From: Candidatus Thorarchaeota archaeon
GTDB lineage: Archaea; Asgardarchaeota; Thorarchaeia; Thorarchaeales; Thorarchaeaceae
Length of the DNA stretch: 59,004 bases
NCBI GenBank assembly: GCA_004524445.1
Contig: SDNP01000019.1
Location: 1-59,004, forward strand
Direction of reading: 5' to 3'
Within the stretch, counting starts at the first letter, position 1, and each line of letters starts with the position of its first letter. Made by a program: the position numbers and the translations under genes. Shown here one piece after another: positions 1 through 10,098 of the stretch. Below the pieces are notes generated by a model. The model had not been told where the DNA came from and did not search any database. It saw only the letters and a list, made by a program, of their open reading frames with translations.

Positions 1-728
1 CCATGATAGGTTCCATCACCCAATTCCACATCCAAGACTTCTTTCATGGCATGACCAGTGACATCATAGTGATACAGGTAGTTTCCAAATTCACTGAATT
101 GGTTAAAGACAAAGATGTCATCCCGGGTTCTTCTTAGTTCCCAAACTTTGTCATAAATTTCTTTGACATTCGATTCACAGCCCGGTGTTGCAATGATCTC
201 GCCAGCAACTTTCTTGAGCCACTCAAAGCGCTCTTGTGACATCTCCTCTGGCAGGATGGCTATGGACTCACAAGCCAATAGGGTAGCATCGTAAGCTCCA
301 CCTCTGCAGTAATTTCCGGTGCTCGGCCAGACTGCCTTGTGTGTCGTTGGGTCAAACTGACCTGTCACGAGTGGTGGAACTAGGCATCCAAAAGTGGCAC
401 CCACCTTGTGAGCTCCTGTTGGAAACCATTTGCCAACCAGCGCAATTATTCTTGCATCAACTCCGCTGAGTTCGGAGGGAATCTCTATATAGTTTGGAAG
501 ATCCCGATACAAACCACCTTTGTCTACTGGCTCATTTTTCCAAGTTATTCTGAATAGGTTCTCTGATGTGATGTCCCAGAGCTCTATATCCTTGAGTTCT
601 TCCTTTATTTTATTAGGGATTTTCTCGGGATATTTCAGTTGTTCAAAGGTCGGAATTATGATATTACGTTCTCTGCAGCGTTCTACAGTTCGTTCCAGTT
701 GTTCTTCATTTTTGGTAAGGTCAATCAC
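1..728 (-). CDS. PLP-dependent enzyme, fold type II (tryptophan synthase beta/cysteine synthase-like); 3' end outside the window
   Basis: Missing from the ORF track; translated by hand from GTG at 728, which has GAGGTG upstream: MIDLTKNEEQLER...GKWFPTGAHKVGA...PSTGNYCRGGAY...NQFSEFGNYLYHY. Has the G-x-x-K PLP lysine motif and the STGN loop. Frame stays open to the window edge. Confidence 0.85.
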   Translation of the reverse strand, partial: MIDLTKNEEQLERTVERCRERNIIIPTFEQLKYPEKIPNKIKEELKDIELWDITSENLFRITWKNEPVDKGGLYRDLPNYIEIPSELSGVDARIIALVGKWFPTGAHKVGATFGCLVPPLVTGQFDPTTHKAVWPSTGNYCRGGAYDATLLACESIAILPEEMSQERFEWLKKVAGEIIATPGCESNVKEIYDKVWELRRTRDDIFVFNQFSEFGNYLYHYDVTGHAMKEVLDVELGDGTYH

Positions 729-908
729 ACAGAGCACCTCGAATAGTTTCCATAACTCGAAAAGTCAGTGCCGTTCAAGCCATGCTATAATGCATTTAGA
801 CTCGTTTCACGTAGAGGAAAAAGGGTTTCGGAATACCTACATTCGCGTATGGCTTAATCTCCCAAAAAGATAATATGGTTATGTGAGGAATATTTACGGA
901 GACTAGTC

Positions 909-1223
909 ATGCTGCAAATGGAGTGGTGGTTAAACCCCTATCTGTGGTTCTACGGAATCTTGTTTGGAATCATCCCCATAATTTTCACAATCTGGCTGAT
1001 TGCAAGAATCTGCACTGGTTGGGGCACAAAATCAACTTTGAATAGGGCGCCCCCACGGCCAACAGATGGAACAGATGGCATCTCTGCGGCTCACGGATCC
1101 GATGTTTCATACTTTCCAGCACAAAGGACGTCAGAAAAAGGCGGGCTACCTGTGAGCGGGATTGCTAGCGGCAGGGGAGAATTTGGAAGGCCAAGGACTG
1201 AGAAGAGAAACGAAGACTGGTGA
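909..1223 (+). CDS. small single-TM membrane protein with G/P/R-rich tail
   Basis: Hydrophobic segment LWFYGILFGIIPIIFTIWLIA, then a low-complexity tail; GGAG upstream of ATG; occupies a gap between two genes. Confidence 0.55.
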   Translation: MLQMEWWLNPYLWFYGILFGIIPIIFTIWLIARICTGWGTKSTLNRAPPRPTDGTDGISAAHGSDVSYFPAQRTSEKGGLPVSGIASGRGEFGRPRTEKRNEDW

Positions 1224-1416
1224 AACCTATGCCTCCAACCATCAGCATGTAACGGTGCTATAGATACCCTAAAAAACAGGGTGGAGCAATTTGATATAGT
1301 CAACAATAGCGTCCAGTTGAGTAATGGACATTTTAGCTGTTATTGCAATTCCGTAAAATCGAGAGAGATTCAGATATGCAATAAGGAACAGCAACGATAA
1401 TAGGTAGTGAAAGAAT

Positions 1417-4167
1417 ATGGTTGACAATGATGATAAAATAGATATTTCAGGAAAACACGTTTACAAGTTTGGCGACGGTGAGGCGGATGGAGACCCACAA
1501 GACAAGAATACGCTAGGCGGTAAGGGCGCAGCCCTCGCTGGAGCGACGCTTATGGGACTTCCTGTTCCACCAGGATTTACTATTTCCACAGATGTCTGTA
1601 ACCTGTATCTGAAAACTGATGGTTTTCCAGAGAAGATCCGAAAAGAGGTACATGAAGCATTAGAATGGATGGAAGATGTGATGGGCAAAGGATTTGGAGA
1701 CCCAGAAGATCCGCTTCTAGTTTCCACACGATCAGGCGCTCGTCAAAGCATGCCAGGTATGATGGAAACAGTACTCAATGTTGGACTGACCACAGGAACG
1801 ATTCCTGGTTTGATTAAGACCACAGGCAATGAACGTTTCGTCTATGACACCTATCGTAGGCTTATCACTATGTACAGTGACGTTGTTATGGAGAAAGCTG
1901 AGGGAGAAAAGCCCGAGGATGGAAAAGGAATTAGACAGCAGCTTGAATGGATTCTCCAAAAGAGAAAGAGGCAGAAGGGATACATGAATGATACGGAGCT
2001 GACTGTTGAGGACCTGAAGGAACTCTGTGACGAGTACAAACAGCGTGTCAAAGACAGCTTAGGTCGGGAGTTTCCCGATGATCCTGAGGAGCAACTATGG
2101 GGCGCAATTGCAGCAGTATTCAAGAGCTGGGGAGGAGCCAGAGCAGTATCCTACCGCAGAATCGAAGGAATTCCGGATGAGTGGGGAACTGCCTGTACAG
2201 TTCAAGCAGTTGTATTCGGAAACATGGGAAATACATCCGCCACAGGAGTTGCTTTCACTCGAGATCCAGCAACTGGAGAAAACAAGTATTATGGCGAGTT
2301 CCTCTTCAACGCGCAAGGTGAAGATGTTGTTGCCGGAACTCGAACTCCACATCCGATGAATGAAGAGAGCAAGAATGAAGGGAATCAGCACCTCAGTACT
2401 CTGCAAGAAGCAATGCCTCAAGTTTACAAGGAGCTCGAAGAAATAAGAAACAAACTAGAATCCGAAATAAAGGACATGCTAGACATAGAGTTTACCATCG
2501 AGCAGGGAAAACTCTACCTTCTTCAATACAGAGTTGGCAAAAGAACGGCAACAGCAGCTCTCAATATAGCCTTAGACATGCTTGATGAAGGACTGATTGA
2601 TGAGAAAGAAACAGTCATGCGGGTGGCTCCAGAACAGCTTGGTCAGCTTCTCTACCCGATTTTGGATCCTGAGGCGGAGGAGAAAGCGACGCCTATCGCA
2701 AAGGGCCTTCCCGCCGGTCCCGGAGGCGCATCAGGTCAAATTGTATTCACTTCCGAGGATGCCGTGAAGCTGGCGAATGAAGGAAAGAATGCAATTCTTG
2801 TTCGTGAAGAAACAAGCCCAGAAGACATTGAAGGAATGCGAGCCGCGAACGCCGTACTCACTGCTCGTGGCGGAATGACAAGCCATGCTGCATTGGTCAC
2901 ACGTGGCTGGGGTAAGTGCTGTATCGTAGGTGCCGCAGCTATTGACGTCGACCCATTCCAGAAACAGATGGAAGTAAAGGGGAAGGTATACCGAGAAGGC
3001 GACGTCCTAACTCTAAACGGTACGCAGGGCATCATATATGAAGGACAATTGCCAATGATGGATTCTACGAAGAATCCACGTCTGCAGGAATTCATGGACC
3101 TGATTGACAAGTACCGCATATTGGGAGTTCGTGCTAATGCAGAAACCCCAAAAGATGCACGACAGGCACTGGAATTTGGCGCTGAAGGCATCGGTCTCTT
3201 CAGAACAGAACATATGTTCTACGGTGAGGGCTCTGACAAACCACTATTCCTCCTTCGAAAGATGATTTTGAGTGCCACCACAACTGAACGTAAAGCAGCT
3301 CTCGAAGAACTGAAGCCATATGTCCGAGAAGATGTTGAAACAACCCTCAAAATCATGAAGGGGAAACCGGTCACAATAAGACTTCTAGATCCGCCACTTC
3401 ATGAATTTATTCCCCAGAGTAAAATCGGACAAGAGAAGCTTTCCCATGCACTTGGCATTAGTATCGATGAAGTCCGTCGACGAGGAGAGAATCTCTCAGA
3501 GAACAATCCTATGATGGGTCATCGCGGAGTAAGACTCGGCATAACTAATCCTGAAGTCTACATTATGCAAGTCAGAGCGATTTGGGAGGCCGCTGCAGAT
3601 TTGCAGGATGATGGAATCGACGTTAACCTTGAGATAATGATACCTGTCACAACGGGTTCTGCAGAGCTTAGGTCAATGAGCATGACTATCGATAAGGAAT
3701 ACAAGAGATTCAGAGAAGAAACAGGCAAAGAAGTCAGTTTCATACTGGGGGCGATGATTGAGATCCCGCGAGCCTGCATGAGAGCGGGAGACATGGCTCA
3801 AACAGCTAAGTTCTTTTCATTTGGAACTAATGACCTGTCTCAATTTGGCTTTGGCTTTAGCAGAGACGATATTGATTCCTTCCTGCCATATTATCTCGAA
3901 AACCATATTCTCAGAAATGATCCCTTCCAAAGCATCGATAAGCGAGGGATAGGGCAGCTAATGGAAATTGCCATTGAGAGAGGCAAGAAGACCAGACCAG
4001 ATCTTAAAATTGGAATATGTGGTGAACATGCAGGTGACGCCCGATCTGTTGGTTTCTTCCATAAGATTGGCCTTGACTATGTATCAGCCTCACCATACCG
4101 ACTCCCTATCGCTAGGCTAGCTGCAGCACAAGCTGCAGTCAGAGAGTCGCGCGGCGAAGAACCATAG
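1417..4167 (+). CDS. ppdK: pyruvate, phosphate dikinase
   Basis: LGGKGA..PVPPGFTI, RSGARQSMPGMM, phospho-His motif GGMTSHAA, GIGLFRTEHMF, FSFGTNDL, GICGEH; 916 aa. Confidence 0.97.
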   Translation: MVDNDDKIDISGKHVYKFGDGEADGDPQDKNTLGGKGAALAGATLMGLPVPPGFTISTDVCNLYLKTDGFPEKIRKEVHEALEWMEDVMGKGFGDPEDPLLVSTRSGARQSMPGMMETVLNVGLTTGTIPGLIKTTGNERFVYDTYRRLITMYSDVVMEKAEGEKPEDGKGIRQQLEWILQKRKRQKGYMNDTELTVEDLKELCDEYKQRVKDSLGREFPDDPEEQLWGAIAAVFKSWGGARAVSYRRIEGIPDEWGTACTVQAVVFGNMGNTSATGVAFTRDPATGENKYYGEFLFNAQGEDVVAGTRTPHPMNEESKNEGNQHLSTLQEAMPQVYKELEEIRNKLESEIKDMLDIEFTIEQGKLYLLQYRVGKRTATAALNIALDMLDEGLIDEKETVMRVAPEQLGQLLYPILDPEAEEKATPIAKGLPAGPGGASGQIVFTSEDAVKLANEGKNAILVREETSPEDIEGMRAANAVLTARGGMTSHAALVTRGWGKCCIVGAAAIDVDPFQKQMEVKGKVYREGDVLTLNGTQGIIYEGQLPMMDSTKNPRLQEFMDLIDKYRILGVRANAETPKDARQALEFGAEGIGLFRTEHMFYGEGSDKPLFLLRKMILSATTTERKAALEELKPYVREDVETTLKIMKGKPVTIRLLDPPLHEFIPQSKIGQEKLSHALGISIDEVRRRGENLSENNPMMGHRGVRLGITNPEVYIMQVRAIWEAAADLQDDGIDVNLEIMIPVTTGSAELRSMSMTIDKEYKRFREETGKEVSFILGAMIEIPRACMRAGDMAQTAKFFSFGTNDLSQFGFGFSRDDIDSFLPYYLENHILRNDPFQSIDKRGIGQLMEIAIERGKKTRPDLKIGICGEHAGDARSVGFFHKIGLDYVSASPYRLPIARLAAAQAAVRESRGEEP

Positions 4168-4175
4168 ACAACAAC

Positions 4176-4214
4176 GGATACCGAATTCAGTTCGGTATCT
4201 TCCACTTCTTTTTA
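4176..4214 (+). terminator. hairpin plus pyrimidine/T tract after ppdK
   Basis: GATACCGAA-TTCAG-TTCGGTATC perfect 9-bp stem (4177-4199), followed by TTCCACTTCTTTTTT. Confidence 0.55.
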
Positions 4215-4298
4215 TTAACCGAGTCCTATCTTTCGATTTCAATGTTCAAGGCCAACTCTTTTAACGGAGTAAAATCGGCACAGGGACAGTGTTGGACT

Positions 4299-5255
4299 AT
4301 GGCAAAACGGATCCTAGTGACTGGCAGTTACGGTCAAATTGGCACCGAGCTTGTTGATGAACTCAGAAATCGTTACAGCGGGGAGAATGTCATTGCCACA
4401 GGTAGAAAGAAGCCCCCTGAAGTCTTGACTGAGGATGGACCCTATCACCGCCTTGATGTTCTTGACGAAACACAATTACATACGCTACTCGTTGAGTTGA
4501 ATGTAGACACCGTTATTCACAATGCAAGTGTTCTTTCAGCTACGGGTGAAAAGAATCCACAACTTGCATATCGTACTAATATCCAAGGAAGCTTCAATGT
4601 CCTAGAAGCAACTCGAGCATTGAATCTCGATCAAGTACAGATTCCGAGTTCGATTGCAGTATTTGGTCCAAGCACCCCCAGGGAGAATACTCCAAATGAT
4701 ACTATCATGAGACCAACAAGCATGTATGGAGTATCTAAAGTAGCCATCGAATTGTTGGGAGAGTATTACACTAAGCGATTTGGCATTGACTTCCGTAGCC
4801 TTCGATATCCAGGGATAATCAGTTCAGAAGCAATGCCGGGCGGAGGCACAACAGATTACGCTGTAGAGATATTCTATGAAGCCTTGAAGAACAAGAAGTA
4901 TACGTGCTTCCTAAGAAAGGATTCGATGCTTCCCATGATGTATATGCCTGACTGTATCAAATGTACTATTGATTTGATGGAAGCAAAAGAAGAAGATCTC
5001 GCACACAGATCCTTCAATATCACAGCAATGAGCTTCACGCCCGAGGATATTGCCAACGAAATAAAGAAGCATATTCCTGAGTTTGAAATCGAGTATGAAC
5101 CCGACTACAGACAGGACATTGCAGATTCATGGCCGAAGTCCATTGATGATAGCGTGGCTCGTGAAGAGTGGGGCTGGGAACCAGAGTATGATCTTGAATC
5201 AATGACGAAGGACATGCTGGAGAAGCTATCCGAGAGACTTGACATTGAATACTAG
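4299..5255 (+). CDS. tdh: L-threonine 3-dehydrogenase (extended SDR type)
   Basis: TGSYGQIG Rossmann motif, LSATGE, PSSIAVFG, YGVSK catalytic motif, PGGGTTDYAV, RQDIADSWP; start moved from 4242 to ATG 4299. Confidence 0.88.
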   Translation: MAKRILVTGSYGQIGTELVDELRNRYSGENVIATGRKKPPEVLTEDGPYHRLDVLDETQLHTLLVELNVDTVIHNASVLSATGEKNPQLAYRTNIQGSFNVLEATRALNLDQVQIPSSIAVFGPSTPRENTPNDTIMRPTSMYGVSKVAIELLGEYYTKRFGIDFRSLRYPGIISSEAMPGGGTTDYAVEIFYEALKNKKYTCFLRKDSMLPMMYMPDCIKCTIDLMEAKEEDLAHRSFNITAMSFTPEDIANEIKKHIPEFEIEYEPDYRQDIADSWPKSIDDSVAREEWGWEPEYDLESMTKDMLEKLSERLDIEY

Positions 5256-5405
5256 TGCATAATTGTCATGAGATTGAACCTACTTTATCAGCAGAAGATT
5301 CTCCATAGCCTGCCTGTGTCTAGATGAAAGAAGTTCGTTCTGCTGGTATACCGATTAATTTATTTTCGTATCCAGAGGGGAGCTTTTGATTGGTGGCATG
5401 GGTTA

Positions 5406-7154
5406 TTGAATAGAAATTTGCACTACTTCGCGCTCTTCATATTCTCAATCATGATAGCATCCTCTCTCTACCTATCTTGGACCGCGGACAGAGGTTTCGG
5501 TGAACTTCAAATAGAGAGATTGACAATAGAGAGAGAGGAAGGCCGAGTAGTCGATTTCATGGTATACTCTCCACGTAGTTCTACTTACGGCAAGCCTCTT
5601 CCTATAATCATGACAACTCATGGAATCGCTGGTAGTAAAGAGGGAATGTACTCATTCAACATCGAACTAGCGAGAAGAAACTTTACTGTGGTTTCAGTCG
5701 ATTTACCTGGCCATGGGGATTCTATGCTGTCCTTCGAAGTCACTAATTTTCTTGAGATGGCGCAAGACTGCTATGCTGCTGTACAGGAGATTCAAAAGAG
5801 ACCAGAAGTCAATAGTACTGCATACGGTGTTCTTACGCATTCTCTAGGATTTCAAGTTGCAGCCCAAATGCAATATTTTGATAATCCACCGATGGGTTAT
5901 GCAGCAGTTGGTGCGGTTGCCGATATGGGCCTCGGTGTGATAGAGGACATCCCTGGCAATCTTCTGATAGCTATCGGAGAATATGATGAAATGATCTCAG
6001 AAGACATGGCTTTAGATACTATACGAGAAGCTACAGGTCTCGAATCAGTTATTCCAGAAACCACTTACGGATCTATAGAGAATCAAACCGCCTATCGCCT
6101 GGAGCTGGCTCCAACGGACCATGTGTTCGAAGCGATTGATAGCACCATTGTTACTGAAACTACTAAGTGGCTTATTCACGTCGTACAAGGTGAGATTCAG
6201 CTGGAAAAAACCCTAAGTCCAACGCAACATGTCTATATCTACAAAGTCATTGCCATGGCAACCGGCGCATTCTCCTTGTTGGCATCTACAATACCTCTTC
6301 TTATGATAGCTGTTTCAGTATTGCCAAAGAGAATGAACGTGGAGTCCATCGCTAATGAAGTGGAGAGTCAGCCGCTAAAGAAGGTCTTGGGAATGAGCCT
6401 TTTATTGGGAACCATATTTGTTGCTATTTTTGGAGCAACATCTGCCATTACCTTTCATCTTGAAGCTGGTCAACTATATTTTGTGAATTCTATGTTTGCT
6501 AGTGGCTTGGTACTATTCTTCATCCTCTTCAGCTTAGCACTAGTTGCAGTCTTGTGGATTTTCACCGGTAGTAAGAACACACTCGAAACCTATAGGGCCG
6601 CAGGGCTTGAGTTAGACTCGCCTAGGTTGATATTCAAGAGAATTGGAAAAGCACTCATACCTGCAGCAGTCTGCATAATATGGCTCTTGGGATGGACTGC
6701 CCTCGGTGGGATTCCTCACCAAATGGAGCCATGGACTACTTTTTCAATGATACGATACCCGGTTGGTCTTAGGACCCTCAATATCATCCTTTTAACAATG
6801 TTCTCGCTCCCCTTCTTTGTTTCCGACAGCGCATGGATTCGGGGCATTCTATTAACAAATCGGGACTGGAATGGCGAGAGCTTCTCAAAGAGCCTGATTC
6901 TCTCACTCGCTGGAAGACTCACCGCTGTTGGCATCTTATCAGTTGTGCTAGTCTTTGGGTCTACTGCATTAGGATTCATTGCAGGTTCTATGGTGTTAAT
7001 GGGTCTTCTATTGATGCTCTTTTTCGTAGTTTCGATTCTCACGACAATCTTGATTGCACAGTCCTCATTGGAATTTCAGAATCCATGGCCTGCCATAATA
7101 CTCAGCTCATTCATTTGGGCATGGGTTGCAGTATCTAGTATACCGCTCATATGA
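5406..7154 (+). CDS. alpha/beta hydrolase with N-terminal anchor and C-terminal multi-TM domain
   Basis: HGIAGS, VDLPGHG, nucleophile elbow THSLG, GEYDE, TDHVFE; many hydrophobic helices in the C-terminal half. Confidence 0.75.
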   Translation: MNRNLHYFALFIFSIMIASSLYLSWTADRGFGELQIERLTIEREEGRVVDFMVYSPRSSTYGKPLPIIMTTHGIAGSKEGMYSFNIELARRNFTVVSVDLPGHGDSMLSFEVTNFLEMAQDCYAAVQEIQKRPEVNSTAYGVLTHSLGFQVAAQMQYFDNPPMGYAAVGAVADMGLGVIEDIPGNLLIAIGEYDEMISEDMALDTIREATGLESVIPETTYGSIENQTAYRLELAPTDHVFEAIDSTIVTETTKWLIHVVQGEIQLEKTLSPTQHVYIYKVIAMATGAFSLLASTIPLLMIAVSVLPKRMNVESIANEVESQPLKKVLGMSLLLGTIFVAIFGATSAITFHLEAGQLYFVNSMFASGLVLFFILFSLALVAVLWIFTGSKNTLETYRAAGLELDSPRLIFKRIGKALIPAAVCIIWLLGWTALGGIPHQMEPWTTFSMIRYPVGLRTLNIILLTMFSLPFFVSDSAWIRGILLTNRDWNGESFSKSLILSLAGRLTAVGILSVVLVFGSTALGFIAGSMVLMGLLLMLFFVVSILTTILIAQSSLEFQNPWPAIILSSFIWAWVAVSSIPLI

Positions 7155-7163
7155 CATTAGCCG

Positions 7164-8399
7164 CTAATCTTCGTACATCTGCATATCGAATTCTCTTGCT
7201 TTCAGCTCATTGAGAAGCTTATTGACAGCATTTTTCTCAGGGACCTGCAAAGTCAGAATCAATTCGGTCTTATTGGGCATGATATCAGGGTCGCTTCTAT
7301 CGTGTTCAATATCAATAACACTTACCCCTGAATCTGCAACAACCTCTAGGATGCGATTCAGTACGCCCACTCTGTCCAGAATTACGCCTCGCAGCCGGAT
7401 AGCCCTCTTTAGCCTATAAAGCTCCTTGTCGATAACACGGGACATGAATGACATATCGATGTTTCCACCGGATAATATCGCAACGCCCTTCTTGCCTTCA
7501 ATGTCGATAGCGTCATATTGGAATGCGGTCAAACCTACACAGCCCGCCGGTTCCACAACAATCTTGGCTCGTTCAAGAAGGAGGAACAGACTGCGGGTGA
7601 CTTGAAGGTCATCCACTACAACCGAATCAGTCAATAGGTCATCAGCGATACTAAGAGTCAGATCGCCCACGGTTTTTACCGCAATGCCATCACAAATCGT
7701 ATCGAGCCCTGTAACAGTCTTCTTCTTGCCTGATTCTAATGATTCCTTCATTGAAGATGCAGAACTCGCCTCAACACCATAAATTTCAACATCCGGATTT
7801 GTTTCCTTTATTGCTATGGCAATTCCGCTTACCAGTCCGCCGCCTCCGACAGGCACTGCCACAACCTCAACATCTGGAAGCTCATCCAATATTTCGAGCC
7901 CGATTGTACCTTGACCCGCAATTATGTTTTCATCATTGAAAGGATGTATGAAGGTGGCTCCGCTGCGTTCTGATTCTTCAAGGGCGAACTGTAGAGCATC
8001 ATCAAATGATTCACCGTGAAGAATAACATCAGCACCATAGCCTTTTGTTGCCTGAATCTTGGCAATTGGCGAGAAATTCGGCATTACGATAGTTGATTTT
8101 ATTCCCAGTTTTGTAGCGGAATATGCAACTCCTTGGGCATGGTTACCCGCAGAAGCAGCTATTACGCCTTGCTTCTTTTCGGAATCAGACAATTGAGATA
8201 TGGCATACGCGGCGCCTCGTACTTTGAAAGACCCAGTCTTCTGCAGATTCTCCAATTTCAAGTGAATATCGCCGCCGGTCATGCGACTGAAAGTGGAAGA
8301 GTGATCCAAACGAGTAATATGAGCAATGTTCTGTAATAGCTTGCGTGCGTTGACAATTTTCTCGTATATCGCGGTGTAGTCTGTCATGTATGATTTCAT
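7164..8399 (-). CDS. ilvA: threonine ammonia-lyase with C-terminal ACT domain
   Basis: KLENLQKTGSFKVRGA, ASAGNHAQG, PVGGGGL, LSGGNID, ACT-like DRVGVL region. Confidence 0.93.
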   Translation of the reverse strand: MKSYMTDYTAIYEKIVNARKLLQNIAHITRLDHSSTFSRMTGGDIHLKLENLQKTGSFKVRGAAYAISQLSDSEKKQGVIAASAGNHAQGVAYSATKLGIKSTIVMPNFSPIAKIQATKGYGADVILHGESFDDALQFALEESERSGATFIHPFNDENIIAGQGTIGLEILDELPDVEVVAVPVGGGGLVSGIAIAIKETNPDVEIYGVEASSASSMKESLESGKKKTVTGLDTICDGIAVKTVGDLTLSIADDLLTDSVVVDDLQVTRSLFLLLERAKIVVEPAGCVGLTAFQYDAIDIEGKKGVAILSGGNIDMSFMSRVIDKELYRLKRAIRLRGVILDRVGVLNRILEVVADSGVSVIDIEHDRSDPDIMPNKTELILTLQVPEKNAVNKLLNELKAREFDMQMYED

Positions 8400-8434
8400 C
8401 TCAAAGAGCCATCTGCAGTCATTTGTTCACGACA

Positions 8435-9577
8435 TTAACGAATGCGTTTCTGAATATCTAGCCCTCTATTTTGCATTTCTTGAATGAACTCATCCGGAGG
8501 GATTGCGGTTTCTGGCGGCAGCACACCATATTCCATTATAGTGCCATCAGCCATCATCATCGTTGCAACAGATGCGGGAAAAGCAGTAGTACGCATCATC
8601 GATGTTAGAGCTGTATCATTATCAAAGTAGTCAATCAGTTCATACTCTACTATCCTAGATTCAGTGCTCTTCCAACCCTCAACAGAAACGCGCAGAAGGG
8701 TCACATCTTTTCCTGTTTCAGGCAGCTTTTCTTCCAGGAGTTTTTCCAATACGCTTCTGGGAGTAATCTTCACTCCATCAAAGTCCATCTCTTCGCTATC
8801 CATCAATCCTAGTTTCATCAGTGTCCACATCTTATGGCCATGCCCAGGATAGCGTATTGTCTTGTAATCGAGGTCATTTACCTTCCCTTCATAGGTGAGA
8901 GGAAGCGTAGAGGTCCCTCCACTGGTATTGAATGCCTCCAAAACGCCGAAGGGGTCAGGAAACTCCATCTGTTCAAATCCCACTAGGGGTTCCTCATATT
9001 CTATCTTGCCGTCTCTCAAGACCATGCACGGTTCTACATACTCATTAATCAACCCCTCAACAGAGAAAATGAGCGAGTAGTTTAGAGGAGGTCTTGGCTC
9101 CTGCTGGAGACCTCCTACTCTAATGTGGATACTATCCGTAGTATCTAAATAATCTACTCCTGCTCTGGCAAGCACATTAGTCATTCCCGGTGCCAGCCCA
9201 CAATCGGGGATGACTGTTACTTCCGCATCCTGTGCTTGAGAGTCAAGTTCCAACTGCTTCTTGACAACTCTAAAGTTGCCACCCAAATCGCACATGTGAG
9301 TTCCAGTTTCGATTGCTAATTCGGTATGCAGGAGATTCACTGTATAGCTAACGCAGCTCGCTACCGCATCCGCATCATTGAACAAGGGTTTCAGATCATC
9401 TTTCTGGGCAGCATCAACTTTCTTCGCAGTTGCCTTTCCGCCAACAAAATTCGCAACTGCTTCCGCACGCGCCATGTCTATGTCAGCTACAATAACTTCT
9501 TCTACTCTATCATTTTTCGCCAAGTCATAGGCAACAGCCTTTCCCATTTGCCCAGATCCAAGAACAAGTGTCTTCAC
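8435..9577 (-). CDS. saccharopine dehydrogenase / lysine 6-dehydrogenase family protein
   Basis: GSGQMG, DLGGN, DCGLAPG, FSVEGLINEY, YKTIRYPGH, MMRTTAFP. Confidence 0.88.
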   Translation of the reverse strand: MKTLVLGSGQMGKAVAYDLAKNDRVEEVIVADIDMARAEAVANFVGGKATAKKVDAAQKDDLKPLFNDADAVASCVSYTVNLLHTELAIETGTHMCDLGGNFRVVKKQLELDSQAQDAEVTVIPDCGLAPGMTNVLARAGVDYLDTTDSIHIRVGGLQQEPRPPLNYSLIFSVEGLINEYVEPCMVLRDGKIEYEEPLVGFEQMEFPDPFGVLEAFNTSGGTSTLPLTYEGKVNDLDYKTIRYPGHGHKMWTLMKLGLMDSEEMDFDGVKITPRSVLEKLLEEKLPETGKDVTLLRVSVEGWKSTESRIVEYELIDYFDNDTALTSMMRTTAFPASVATMMMADGTIMEYGVLPPETAIPPDEFIQEMQNRGLDIQKRIR

Positions 9578-9731
9578 GCCAATACCTCAATCAGCCTAAT
9601 CTGAAATATGTATAAGATTGGTGGGTAAAAATTGTATCGCAAAAGGCGCACTGGAACCATTTTGTGTATATTCATGCAAATAAATTTCCCAGATGGGAGA
9701 AATAATAGACGATTATGGATTGGACTGGTTG

Positions 9732-9974
9732 CTACAGCTTTTGTATGAATAGTCTTGCCAGCCTTTCGTATTCCCTGCTCCTCAGGGTCACTTCATTACG
9801 ATTCTCAGTTTTTTCTACCGATACATTAACAAATCCGATATCATTGCGGAATTCGACGCAACAATCTGGCGATTCATCGCTTATTTCAAGGCCAAATTTG
9901 CCATCGAAAAATTCTCGAGCCTTTCCCAGCACCTGGTCAACCGATAAATTCGTTTTTTTGCCGATGGTCTGCAT
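9732..9974 (-). CDS. small hypothetical alpha/beta protein
   Basis: 80-aa frame from ATG 9974 (MQTIGKKT...EVTLRSREYERLARLFIQKL), co-oriented between thrS and the dehydrogenase gene. Confidence 0.6.
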   Translation of the reverse strand: MQTIGKKTNLSVDQVLGKAREFFDGKFGLEISDESPDCCVEFRNDIGFVNVSVEKTENRNEVTLRSREYERLARLFIQKL

Positions 9975-10098
9975 TATATTCACTATAGTTAAAATACCTC
10001 TATGCCCTGTTAAATATTCAGGTTTGGCCAATCTATAGTTGACTTGTCCGATGTTGTCTGCATAATCCAGAAAGTTCGAATGCTTGGATAGGGCAGTC

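Noticed and set aside
520-873. 117-aa plus-strand ORF
   Set aside because: Antisense shadow of the minus-strand PLP enzyme; no motifs
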